Positions 28,137-36,973 of a stretch of 44,796 nt of DNA are shown one piece after another. The DNA lies in contig CAJTKI010000003.1 of the NCBI GenBank assembly GCA_910576875.1, forward strand, positions 1 through 44,796, in the 5' to 3' direction. The stretch's first letter is position 1, and each line of letters begins with the position of its first letter. Source of the DNA: an uncultured Christensenella sp. GTDB lineage: Bacteria; Bacillota; Clostridia; Christensenellales; UBA3700. The position numbers and the translations under genes are program-made. Under the pieces are notes generated by a model that did no database searches, had not been told where the DNA came from, and saw only the letters and a program-made list of their open reading frames with translations.

Positions 28137-28885
28137 ACTCTTGCCGCTCCTTTGGCTCCAAAGCCCCAGCCGAGAAGTTTTCCCCACGCTTTCGCGCACA
28201 GTACGGTCAAACCGATCAACAGTCCGCCGAGCGCAAACACGACGATCCCCGCGCCCAATCCGAGCAGGAACGCGCCGAAGTTTTGTCCGATCAGCACAAA
28301 TGAAGTCGCCGCGACGATCCCGCCCGACAGGAACAGCGCAATGCTCGTCACGAACAGCGCGCCCAACAGCACCGCGCCGACAAATGCCAGAAACAGCGTC
28401 AACGGCAACAACAGCAACGTGGCGAACGCGCTTCTGCCCTTGCGGCGAGAAGGTTTGCGATCGCGCCGCGCGCGGCGATCGAAATCCTCGTCGTCGCGCA
28501 TATACCGATCTCCCCGACGCGAGCGATCCGTCCCGTCGTCCTCGCGCGCTCTGCGACGGCGGCGAGGCGGTTCGTCGTCAAATAACTCCGCGTCCTCTCT
28601 TTCGTCGCGTCGATCGGGATAATCGTCGTCCGCGCAATCTCTGCGCCGCGAACGCGGCTCGTACGCATCGTAACGACGCGAGCGATTGTCGCTCTCCCGA
28701 ACGCTGCGCGCGATGTCTTCCGGAAAGCCGAACTCGCGCAATACTTCCGCTTCGGTCATGCCGTCGTCGCGTTTGTCCTGATACATCTCGTCATAGTAAT
28801 GCAGGACAGCGCGTTTGTCTTCGTTGCACATGCCCTCGCGGGACAATGCGCGATCGAGTTGTTGCATCCAAGTCCTTCTGTTCAT
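28133..28885 (-). CDS. DUF1700 (HAAS-type) membrane protein with an Arg/Asp/Glu-rich insert
   Basis: 250 aa. The N-terminus MNRRTWMQQLDRAL...KRAVLHYYDEMY is typical of DUF1700. About 90 residues of R/D/E low complexity follow, then three or four TM helices. The RBS is AAGGAG. Confidence 0.75.
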   Translation of the reverse strand: MNRRTWMQQLDRALSREGMCNEDKRAVLHYYDEMYQDKRDDGMTEAEVLREFGFPEDIARSVRESDNRSRRYDAYEPRSRRRDCADDDYPDRRDEREDAELFDDEPPRRRRRAREDDGTDRSRRGDRYMRDDEDFDRRARRDRKPSRRKGRSAFATLLLLPLTLFLAFVGAVLLGALFVTSIALFLSGGIVAATSFVLIGQNFGAFLLGLGAGIVVFALGGLLIGLTVLCAKAWGKLLGWGFGAKGAARV

Positions 28886-28897
28886 AATTGCCGCTCC

Positions 28898-29200
28898 TTA
28901 TCGCTGTACAAAGCGATAGATCTCCAATAGTTCGTCCATGTCGCGATAAAACTCCCGCAAACGGACTTTGCCGCGATCGGTGATCCGATAGTATTTGCGC
29001 AATCTGCCGTTGTACAGACGGTTGCGCGTACTGACCAAGTCGGAGGCTTCCAAACGCTTCAAGATCGGATACAACGTCGATTCGGATATTTCCAAATACG
29101 GCGACAACTGTCCGATGATCTTGTAACCGTACGACTCTTCGTCACGGATCGCCGCCAAGACGCATCCTTCCAGAAGCCCTTTTTTGAGTTGGGAATCCAT
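28898..29200 (-). CDS. PadR-family transcriptional regulator
   Basis: 100 aa with LLEGCVLAAIRDEESYGYKIIGQL...SESTLYPILKRLEASDLV...GRLRKYYRITDRGK, the canonical PadR winged HTH. The RBS is GGAGGT. Confidence 0.9.
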   Translation of the reverse strand: MDSQLKKGLLEGCVLAAIRDEESYGYKIIGQLSPYLEISESTLYPILKRLEASDLVSTRNRLYNGRLRKYYRITDRGKVRLREFYRDMDELLEIYRFVQR

Positions 29201-29210
29201 GACTTACCTC

Positions 29211-29259
29211 CATACTATTCATTACATAATACTATACATTGCATAGTATGTCTTGTCAA
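29211..29259 (-). promoter_or_regulatory. padR promoter with overlapping inverted repeats (autoregulatory operator candidate)
   Basis: The minus strand reads TTGACA (29259-29254), a 17-nt spacer, then TATAGT (29236-29231). ATACTAT-N7-ATAGTAT (29229-29249) covers the spacer and -10. A third copy, CATACTAT, is at 29211-29218. Confidence 0.5.
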
Positions 29260-29378
29260 CGGTTTTCCGAATAATTTTTGCTGAATCGCCGCAAAATCAT
29301 ACGCGCTTGTATCCGCCGAACGCCAAAAACGCGCTTGTCTTTCTATACGCGCGCGCAAGGTTTCGGATATTCGATATG

Positions 29379-29407
29379 CAAAAAGCCCGCCCCCGATCGG
29401 GAGCGGG
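29379..29407 (-). terminator. Intrinsic terminator after rsmA
   Basis: On the minus strand, the GCCCGCTCCCGATCGGGGGCGGGC hairpin is followed by TTTTT. Confidence 0.6.
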
Positions 29408-29425
29408 CGTCGTATGGATCGTCCG

Positions 29426-30262
29426 TTATTCCGATTGCGCCTGCGCCAGACGCGCGCTCAACGCCAGATATGTCTGCAAATCCAGCGTCTCTCCGCGCAC
29501 AGTCGCCGACAGTCCCAGATCTTGCAAAATCCGCTCGATTCGCTCGCGCGGCAGACGGTACGCATGGATCAGATTGTTGGCAAGCGTCTTGCGCCGCATC
29601 GCAAATCCCGCCGTGACGGCGCGCTTGACCGCCGCCTTATCCGCGTCGGCGTACCGATCGTGCAGATCGATGCGCACGATCGCGCTGTCCACGTTGGGTT
29701 GCGGACAAAACATCTGTCTGGGGACTTGCCGCATGACGCGCGCGTCGCCTTCCAACGCGATCGCCAGCGTGATCACGCCGTAGTCGGCGCATGCGGGCGG
29801 CGCGACGAGACGTTGCGCGACTTCCTTCTGAATCATGACGGTCGCGCTGAGCGGCTTGTTGCGTCGCTCCAAAAAGCGCATCAGGATCGGCGTCGTGATG
29901 TAATATGGCAGATTGGCGACCACCTTGTACGATCCGTCTAGGATCGCGTCCAGCTCCGTATCGCCGACCTGCATGATGTCGCGCAGCACGACTTCGACCT
30001 TGCCGTCCAATCCCTGCAACGTGCGATCCAATACGGGCATCAGATTGCGGTCGATCTCAAACGCGACGACCCGCCGCGCCGTCTGCGCCAGCGCGCGCGT
30101 CAACGTTCCCGCGCCCGCGCCGATTTCGAGCACGGTATCCGATTCCGTCACGCCGGCGTCCTGCACCATCGCCTGCAACAGATTGGTATCGGTGATAAAA
30201 TTCTGTCCGAACTGTTTATTGAAGCGGAACCCCTGATCCGCCAGAATCTGCTTGACGTTCAT
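29426..30262 (-). CDS. rsmA: 16S rRNA (adenine1518/1519-N6)-dimethyltransferase
   Basis: 278 aa from MNVKQILADQGFRFNKQFGQNFITD, with VLEIGAGAGTLT and NLPYYITTPI, the KsgA signature. Its ATG overlaps the upstream stop (ATGA). Confidence 0.93.
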   Translation of the reverse strand: MNVKQILADQGFRFNKQFGQNFITDTNLLQAMVQDAGVTESDTVLEIGAGAGTLTRALAQTARRVVAFEIDRNLMPVLDRTLQGLDGKVEVVLRDIMQVGDTELDAILDGSYKVVANLPYYITTPILMRFLERRNKPLSATVMIQKEVAQRLVAPPACADYGVITLAIALEGDARVMRQVPRQMFCPQPNVDSAIVRIDLHDRYADADKAAVKRAVTAGFAMRRKTLANNLIHAYRLPRERIERILQDLGLSATVRGETLDLQTYLALSARLAQAQSE

Positions 30263-30855
30263 AACAGCGTGCGCACGCGCAACTTTGCGCCGACGTCCGC
30301 CGCGATCCGACGCGCGGCTTCGATCTGCTGCGCGCCGATCACGTCCACGACGCTGAGCACGACGTTGCCGCCGCAACGCACGCAACCGCGCGCGAAGTCC
30401 AACAGAATCCCGAACGCTCGCTCTCCGTACTCGCTGTGGCAAATCTTGTCGTATGCCTGCGCGTCCGTCGCGTTGAGCGATATATTGATTGTATCCATGC
30501 ACGCGCACATGCGCGCGGTAATGTCGCAACCGTTGATCTCGCTGCCGTGTCCGTTGGTATTGATCCGCGTCTTACCGCCGCATGCATGCACATACGCGCA
30601 GATCTCTTCGATCGCATCGAAGCGATACGTCGGCTCACCGTAACCGCAGAATACGACTTCGCCGTACGCGGTCACGTCATAGGATTCGCGCAAAATTTCG
30701 ATCACGCGTTCCGCGCTCGGCTCGCGATCGATCCACAGATCTCCGTAGACGGGCTTGTCGTAATAGCGCACGCAAAACTCGCAACGGTTGGTGCAACGGT
30801 TGGTCAGATTGATATACAGATTGCGGTCTACGACATAGACGTATTGATTGCTCAT
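30259..30855 (-). CDS. TatD-associated radical SAM protein (small, function unknown)
   Basis: 198 aa from MSNQYVYVVDRNLYINLTNRCTNRCEFC (a CxxxCxxC cluster), plus GYGEPT. It sits directly after tatD, as in the family named for that linkage. The start is an ATGA overlap. Confidence 0.8.
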   Translation of the reverse strand: MSNQYVYVVDRNLYINLTNRCTNRCEFCVRYYDKPVYGDLWIDREPSAERVIEILRESYDVTAYGEVVFCGYGEPTYRFDAIEEICAYVHACGGKTRINTNGHGSEINGCDITARMCACMDTINISLNATDAQAYDKICHSEYGERAFGILLDFARGCVRCGGNVVLSVVDVIGAQQIEAARRIAADVGAKLRVRTLL

Positions 30856-31634
30856 AAACGGTCTCCGTTGATTTTTGTATACAGCCGCAGCGTATTGGCA
30901 ACGGTCAGCGCTTCGGTCTCCTGCGGGGAGATGCCGAGCGTAAGCGCGATTTTGTCCAGCACGAGCCGCACGTATTTGGGCTCGTTGCGCTGTCCGCGAT
31001 AGGGCACCGGCGTCATGTACGGACAATCCGTCTCGATCAACAGCCGATCGCGCGGAATCGCGCGGATCACGTCTTCTTTGCGCGCGTTGCGGAACGTCAC
31101 CGCGCCGCCCAGCGCATAATAGCAGTCGAAACGGTTGAAGTCGCGCAAACTCTCGACGCTGCCGGTATAACAATGCAACAACACGCCGCGGCGCAATTTG
31201 TTCCGATAGGCTTGCAGCAGATCGAGCGCGTCCGCGATCGCTTCGCGCACGTGCAGACACACCGGCAATTCGACTTCGTCCGCCAACTCCAACTGCCGCG
31301 CAAACGCGTCCCGCTGCACGTCCCGCGCGGACAGATCGTAATGGTAATCCAATCCGATCTCTCCGATCGCGACGACTTTGGGATGCGACGCATGTCGACG
31401 ATAAAACGCGATGTCCGCGTCGGTCAGATCCTTGCTGTCGTGCGGATGCGTGCCGAGCGCGCAATACACGTCGTCGCAACGCTCCGCCAACGCCAGCGCC
31501 CGCTCGCTGCTGCGACGGTCGGCGCCGATCTCGCAGATCGCCTGCAAACCGTCCGCGCGCATCTGCGACACGATCCGCTCGCGCGTCTCGTCGTCAAACG
31601 CATCGTCGGTAATGTGCGCGTGCGAATCGATCAT
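30852..31634 (-). CDS. tatD: TatD-family metal-dependent hydrolase/DNase
   Basis: 260 aa from MIDSHAHITDDAF, with AIGEIGLDYHY, LHVRE, LLHCYTGS and ETDCPYMTP motifs. The start is an ATGA overlap with the metG stop. Confidence 0.9.
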   Translation of the reverse strand: MIDSHAHITDDAFDDETRERIVSQMRADGLQAICEIGADRRSSERALALAERCDDVYCALGTHPHDSKDLTDADIAFYRRHASHPKVVAIGEIGLDYHYDLSARDVQRDAFARQLELADEVELPVCLHVREAIADALDLLQAYRNKLRRGVLLHCYTGSVESLRDFNRFDCYYALGGAVTFRNARKEDVIRAIPRDRLLIETDCPYMTPVPYRGQRNEPKYVRLVLDKIALTLGISPQETEALTVANTLRLYTKINGDRL

Positions 31635-33601
31635 CGCACTTCGCTGCCCGCCGCCATCGGCGCGATCGGGCTGATCAGCGACAGATTGCCGTCCGCGTCG
31701 GACGCGCACAATACCATGCCCTGCGACTCGATGCCGCGGAGCTTGACGGGTTTGAGATTGGTGACGACGACGACCTGTTTGCCGATCATCTCTTCGGGCG
31801 TATACCACTTGGCGATGCCCGATACGATCGTGCGGGGTTGCTCTTCGCCCAGATCGATGCGGCTGCACAGCAATTTGTCCGCCTTGGCGACCTTTTCGCA
31901 CGCGACGACGCGTCCGATTTTGAGTTCTACCTTCTCAAACTCTTCGATGCCGATCTGCGCGATCGAAACGACGTTTTCGTGTTCCATATGTTCCTTCTCC
32001 TGTTTTTGAGCGGCTTGACAGATCTGCTCTTCGATGATCGCGTCCATTGCCGCAAGTTCCTTGGGAATGTCGATGCGCGCGAACAGCGCCTCTCCCTTGT
32101 CCACGCGCGTGCCGGCGGGCAACGCGCCGAAACGCGCAAGCGAATCGAACGTCTGCAACGCCGCGTCCGTCACGCCGATCTTGGCGAAGATCTGCGGCGG
32201 CGTCTTGGTCAAGAACGGCTGCAACTCGACCGCGATATAACGGATCGCTTCGCACAGATTGTACAGCACCGTCTGCAAACGCGCCATGCCTTCTTCGGTC
32301 TTGGCGAGCGCCCACGGCGCGGTTTCGTCGATGTATTTGTTGGCGCGTTGGACGACCTTCCAGATCTGTTCCATCGCTTCGGGCACGAGCAGTTTGTCCA
32401 TGCACGCGTCTACCTCGAACGGCATGGACACGCACGCGGCGATCAACTCGTCATCCGGCGCGCCTTGCGTCGCGGGCGACGGAATCGTTGCGTCGAAATA
32501 CTTTTCGACCATCGCCGTGACGCGGGAGACCAGATTGCCCAAATCGTTTGCCAAATCGCTGTTGATGCGCGACAAAAACGACGCGTTGGTATAGCTCCCG
32601 TCCTGTCCGAACGAAATCTCGCGCAGCATGTAATACCGCAACGCGTCCACGCCGTAACGCTCGCACAGCACAAACGGATCGACGACGTTGCCCTTGGATT
32701 TGGACATCTTGTCGTTGTCGAACAACAGCCAGCCGTGTCCGTACACCTGTTTGGGCAGCGGCAAATCGAGCGCCATCAGCAGCGCCGGCCAGATGATCGA
32801 ATGGAAGCGCACGATCTCCTTGCCGATCATGTGCAGATCCGCCGGCCAGAACTTGTCGAACAGACTTTGGTCGTCCGAACCGTATCCCAGCGCGGTGATG
32901 TAATTGGTCAACGCGTCCACCCAGACGTATACGACGTGCTTGGGATCGAACGGCACCCGAATCCCCCAGTCGAACGACGTGCGCGACACGCACAAGTCCT
33001 GCAAGCCGGGGCGCAGGAAGTTGTTGAGCATCTCGTTCTGCCGCGTCGCGGGCTGCAAGAAATCGGGATGGTTTTCGATCAGATCGATCAACCGATCGCA
33101 ATACTTGCTCAGACGGAAAAAGTAACTCTCTTCCTTGGTGCGCTTGACTTCGCGTCCGCAGTCGGGACATTTGCCGTCTTTGAGCTGCGTATCCGTCCAA
33201 AACGCCTCGCACGGCGCGCAATACCAGCCCTCGTATTCGCTCTTGTAAATGTCGCCCTGCCGATACAGACGGTCGAAGATCTTCTGCACGGCGCGCTCGT
33301 GATAGTCGTCCGTCGTACGGATGAATTTGTCAAACGAAATGTCGAGCAGATCCCACAGTTTGCGCAACTGTCCGACAATGTCGTCGATGTACGCCTTGAC
33401 CGGCATGCCCGCCGCCTCGGCGACCTTTTGAATCTTTTGTCCGTGTTCGTCCGTTCCCGTCAGATAGAACACCTCTTCCCCGCGCATTCGATGATATCTC
33501 GCGAGCGCGTCGCAGATAATCGTCGTATAACAAGTGCCGATGTGCCACTTGCCGCTGGGATAATAGATCGGTGTGGTAATATAAAATTTTTTCTTTTCCA
33601 C
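31631..33601 (-). CDS. metG: Methionine--tRNA ligase with a C-terminal tRNA-binding (Trbp111/EMAPII-like) domain
   Basis: 656 aa from a GTG start (VEKKKFYITTPIYYPSGKWHIG) that follows AAGGAGA. It has a Zn knuckle (CPDCGREV) and a KMSKS motif. The C-terminus is GRVVACEKVAKADKLL...GMVLCASD. Confidence 0.95.
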   Translation of the reverse strand: MEKKKFYITTPIYYPSGKWHIGTCYTTIICDALARYHRMRGEEVFYLTGTDEHGQKIQKVAEAAGMPVKAYIDDIVGQLRKLWDLLDISFDKFIRTTDDYHERAVQKIFDRLYRQGDIYKSEYEGWYCAPCEAFWTDTQLKDGKCPDCGREVKRTKEESYFFRLSKYCDRLIDLIENHPDFLQPATRQNEMLNNFLRPGLQDLCVSRTSFDWGIRVPFDPKHVVYVWVDALTNYITALGYGSDDQSLFDKFWPADLHMIGKEIVRFHSIIWPALLMALDLPLPKQVYGHGWLLFDNDKMSKSKGNVVDPFVLCERYGVDALRYYMLREISFGQDGSYTNASFLSRINSDLANDLGNLVSRVTAMVEKYFDATIPSPATQGAPDDELIAACVSMPFEVDACMDKLLVPEAMEQIWKVVQRANKYIDETAPWALAKTEEGMARLQTVLYNLCEAIRYIAVELQPFLTKTPPQIFAKIGVTDAALQTFDSLARFGALPAGTRVDKGEALFARIDIPKELAAMDAIIEEQICQAAQKQEKEHMEHENVVSIAQIGIEEFEKVELKIGRVVACEKVAKADKLLCSRIDLGEEQPRTIVSGIAKWYTPEEMIGKQVVVVTNLKPVKLRGIESQGMVLCASDADGNLSLISPIAPMAAGSEVR

Positions 33602-33633
33602 GGGAATCTCCTTTGCCGCGCAACCGCGGCGTT

Positions 33634-33662
33634 TCGTTCGTATATTATACACGCTCCGCGCG
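33634..33662 (-). promoter_or_regulatory. Candidate promoter of metG-tatD-rSAM-rsmA
   Basis: The minus strand reads TTTACA (33662-33657), a 17-nt spacer, then TATAAT (33639-33634). The leader is only about 25 nt. Confidence 0.5.
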
Positions 33663-33788
33663 CGAATGTAAATTACTTTTGGTCGGCATTGCAAAAAGTT
33701 GTCACGTTTTGCCGCCGCCGCGCAGTAGGCTGTTGTGACGGCTCGATGCCGAACCCGATAGGAGCGATCCGCCCGCGGGCGGTTGTAT

Positions 33789-35042
33789 ATGCATAAGATT
33801 GGTTACAAAAATACGCTGGGATGTTGTTGTATGTGTTATTTCGCGCAGGCAGTCGCGGTCAATTTATCGCCGGTGCTGTTCGGCGTGTTCCACCGCCTGT
33901 ATCATCTGGACTTGTCGCTGTTGGGCGTATTGATCGCGGTCAATTTCGTCTCCCAACTGGCGGTTGACCTGCTGTGCGCGCCGCTGTGCCGCCGACTCGG
34001 CTACCGCGCGAGCATGTCGATCGCACTGGTTTTCTGCGCGCTGGGCATGATCTTGCTGGGCACGCTCGTACGGATATGGGATCGCGCGTTTGTCGCGCTG
34101 CTCATCCCGACCGTCGCGTTTTCGGTCGGCGGCGGCATGCTGGAAGTCGTCGTCTCGCCCGTTGCGGACGCGATCGCTCCGACGCGATCCAAAGGCGTGA
34201 TGGGACTGCTGTTTTCGTTTTATTCATGGGGACAGTTGCTCGTCGTACTGCTCACGTCGATCGCGCTGACGCTCCTGCAAGACGCGCTGTGGTATCTGTT
34301 GCCGTACGTATGGGCGGCGGTTCCGCTGGGCGCGCTGATCGCGCTGCAAACGTGCGCGTATCCGCCGCAAGAGCCGCCGAGCGACGCAAAGCGCTTTTTG
34401 CTCAACCGCTATTTCGTGCTCGCGATGCTCGTCATGCTATGCGCGGGCGCGAGCGAAATGATCGTCTCCCAATGGTCGTCGCTGTTTGCCGAAACGGCGC
34501 TGCAATTGCCCAAACTCGCGGGCGACGCGCTCGGCGCGTGCGGCTTTGCGCTATGTATGGGAATCGGACGGCTGTGGATCGCGATCAAACCGCCGCGCAA
34601 TCCCGACCGCGTTCTGATCGCGGCGGGCGCGATGTTGATCGTCTCGTTTGCGATGCTGAGTCTGATCCCCAATCCGTACATATGCCTGCTGGGATGCTCG
34701 TTGACCGGTCTGTCCGTAAGTTGGATGTGGCCGATCACGGTCAGTCGTTGCGCGGGACGCTTTCCGACGGCGGGCGCGCTGATGTTCGGACTGCTCGCGG
34801 TCAGCGGCGACGTCGGATGCAGTCTCGGTCCGTTGCTCTCGGGCGTATGGTCGGAATTTGCGATGCAATCGCCTATATTGCAACAGCTTGCCGCGCGCAC
34901 GGGCGCAAGCGTCGAACAACTGGGCATGCGCGTCGGCGTGGGCGCGTGCGCAATCTTCCCGATCCTGCTGTTGATCGCGTTGATCCTGCTGGCAGTCGAA
35001 CAGCGTCGCCGGCCGTCCCCGCGCGCCGACGAGCCGCGTTAG
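33789..35042 (+). CDS. MFS transporter
   Basis: About 417 aa and highly hydrophobic, with about 12 predicted TM segments by eye. The start is ambiguous between TTG 33783 and ATG 33789. Confidence 0.75.
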   Translation: MHKIGYKNTLGCCCMCYFAQAVAVNLSPVLFGVFHRLYHLDLSLLGVLIAVNFVSQLAVDLLCAPLCRRLGYRASMSIALVFCALGMILLGTLVRIWDRAFVALLIPTVAFSVGGGMLEVVVSPVADAIAPTRSKGVMGLLFSFYSWGQLLVVLLTSIALTLLQDALWYLLPYVWAAVPLGALIALQTCAYPPQEPPSDAKRFLLNRYFVLAMLVMLCAGASEMIVSQWSSLFAETALQLPKLAGDALGACGFALCMGIGRLWIAIKPPRNPDRVLIAAGAMLIVSFAMLSLIPNPYICLLGCSLTGLSVSWMWPITVSRCAGRFPTAGALMFGLLAVSGDVGCSLGPLLSGVWSEFAMQSPILQQLAARTGASVEQLGMRVGVGACAIFPILLLIALILLAVEQRRRPSPRADEPR

Positions 35043-35536
35043 TCGCGCGAATCCGCCGCAAGGCGCGCGCGTTTGCCGGTCATGTGTTCGATCCGCAACG
35101 CGATCATGCAATAGCGACCTTCCGCCTGCTCGATCTCCCGCCGTCGCTCGGACGGCGCGACGTCGGGCGCGTACTTGTCCGCCAGAATTCCGATCGCGTA
35201 GGCGTGCTCCCGCGCATCGTCCACGATCCGCGCGTTGCCGAACGCGATGACGCTCTCATAATCCGTCGTAAATTCGCGACTCGCTACGCGGTCGCGTCCG
35301 ATCGCGCAAAACGATGCTTTGGCGCAATTGCGGATCGCGTCGAGTTTGTGCCCGTCGCGCGCGCTGTGGAAATACACCGTCGCGCGCTCCCCGTCGTATA
35401 CAAAACTCATCGGCACCGCGTACGGATACCCGTCGTCGCCCGCCAATGCCAACACGCCGCTCGTCGCGTCTCGCAAAATACGCTCGCAATCGCTCGGATC
35501 GGTCTGCTGCGCTCGTCTGCGCATGGTTCGAAACAT
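35039..35536 (-). CDS. Pyridoxamine 5'-phosphate oxidase-like FMN-binding (NimA-like) protein
   Basis: 165 aa from MFRTMRRRAQQTDPSDCERILRDATSGVLALAGDDGYPYAVPMSFVYDG...VYFHSARDGHKLDAI, the typical split-barrel family pattern. The RBS is GGGAGG. Confidence 0.8.
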   Translation of the reverse strand: MFRTMRRRAQQTDPSDCERILRDATSGVLALAGDDGYPYAVPMSFVYDGERATVYFHSARDGHKLDAIRNCAKASFCAIGRDRVASREFTTDYESVIAFGNARIVDDAREHAYAIGILADKYAPDVAPSERRREIEQAEGRYCMIALRIEHMTGKRARLAADSRD

Positions 35537-35577
35537 TTGTGCCTCCCTCTTCCCGTCCGAGACGGGACATCCATCGT

Positions 35578-36921
35578 TTATTGCCGTCGACGTTTGCCGC
35601 CGGATGCAGCGCGCGCCCGCACGTACACTGCGACGCCGAGCGCACAGACGAGAGCTTCCGTCAACGGCAGCGCCAGCCATACGCCGGTCAATCCCGCGAC
35701 GGATTCTAGCGCAAAGATCGTCGGAACGATCAACACCAGCCCGCGCAGCAGTGCAATCGCATGCGCCGGAGCGGCGCGCTTGACGGAGGTAAAATACGCC
35801 GCGATCACGATATTCCAACCGATAAACGGCGTCGCGATAAAGTACAGCCGCAGCCCGAACGTCGCGATGCTTTGCAACTGCGGATCGCGATCGCGATTGA
35901 ATATCCCCGCGATCGGAGACGCGCACAGACACAGGATCGCATAGATCGCCAACGCAAGCGCCGCAACCGTCGCGATCGCATAACGCGCGGTACGCGCCAA
36001 CGTCGCGTCGTCTCCCGTCCCGCACGCGCGACTGAACAGCGGCTGTACGCCCTGCGCCAATCCGGTATAAACGGCGATGACGACCATCGCGAGATTGGCG
36101 ACGACCCCGTATGCGGCGACGCCGACGTTGCCGGCTTGCCGCAAGAACACCAGATTGAACACGATCATGACGATGCCGCCCGACAACTCCCCGACCAACG
36201 ACGGCACGCCCAGCGACAGGATCGATCCGAACGTCGTCGCCGCGATCTTTGCGCGCACGGGACGAAAACCGTTGCGGCGGCGCAACCAATGCGTCGCCAG
36301 CACGCCGACGCTGATCAGCGGCGAAACGCCGGTCGCCAGCACCGCGCCCAAAATCCCCAATCGCAGCGGAAATATCATGATATAATCGAATACGATGTTA
36401 AACAAACTGCCCGTCAGCATCGCGCACATCGCAAGACGCGGCGCGCCGTCGTTGCGCACAAAACACAACAAAACATCGTTGAGCAAAAACGCCGGCGAAA
36501 ACAACAACAAAAACCGCAGATACGTCCGCGTCATATCCCGCACCGGACCGTCCGCGCCGAGCAAGCGCGCCATGCCGTCCGCCGCTCCCAGACCGAGCGC
36601 GACGAACGCGACGGAAAATCCGAGCGTCATCCACAGCGTCGCCGTATACGCGCGATCGGCTTGCGCGTCGTCGCCCTGCCCCTTGGCAAGCGCGTAACGC
36701 GTCGCGCCGCCCATACCGAGCATCAATCCGCATCCGTGCACCGCCGTATAGACGGGGATCGCAAAGTTGAGCGCCGCCAAACCGTCCGAGCCCATGCCTT
36801 TGGATACAAAAAACGTATCGGCGAGAATATAACACGACAACCCCAGCATCCCGACGATGTTGGCGATCGCATACCGAACGTATTCGGAAAAAACGGATTG
36901 CGCGCGTACTCTGCCCGACAT
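35578..36921 (-). CDS. MATE-family efflux transporter
   Basis: 447 aa from MSGRVRAQSVFSEYVRYAIANIVGMLG (RBS AAGGAG), with 12-TM MATE architecture and ALNFAIPVY / AAYGVVANL blocks. Confidence 0.9.
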   Translation of the reverse strand: MSGRVRAQSVFSEYVRYAIANIVGMLGLSCYILADTFFVSKGMGSDGLAALNFAIPVYTAVHGCGLMLGMGGATRYALAKGQGDDAQADRAYTATLWMTLGFSVAFVALGLGAADGMARLLGADGPVRDMTRTYLRFLLLFSPAFLLNDVLLCFVRNDGAPRLAMCAMLTGSLFNIVFDYIMIFPLRLGILGAVLATGVSPLISVGVLATHWLRRRNGFRPVRAKIAATTFGSILSLGVPSLVGELSGGIVMIVFNLVFLRQAGNVGVAAYGVVANLAMVVIAVYTGLAQGVQPLFSRACGTGDDATLARTARYAIATVAALALAIYAILCLCASPIAGIFNRDRDPQLQSIATFGLRLYFIATPFIGWNIVIAAYFTSVKRAAPAHAIALLRGLVLIVPTIFALESVAGLTGVWLALPLTEALVCALGVAVYVRARAASGGKRRRQ

Positions 36922-36933
36922 AACGCTCCTTAC

Positions 36934-36973
36934 AAAAAAATGCGCCGCGCTCCCGCTTGCGGGGAGCCGACGC
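36934..36973 (-). terminator. Terminator/attenuator hairpin inside the MATE 5' leader
   Basis: The minus-strand RNA forms a GC-rich stem of about 12 bp with one bulge (GCGUCGGCUCCC...GGGAGCGCGGCGC). U7 follows and ends 2 nt before the MATE SD. Confidence 0.45.

Noticed and set aside
33602-33788. A possible T-box riboswitch upstream of metG
   Set aside because: The best promoter leaves a leader of only about 25 nt. I see no specifier or T-box sequence and no terminator/antiterminator pair, and a T-box needs about 200 nt or more.
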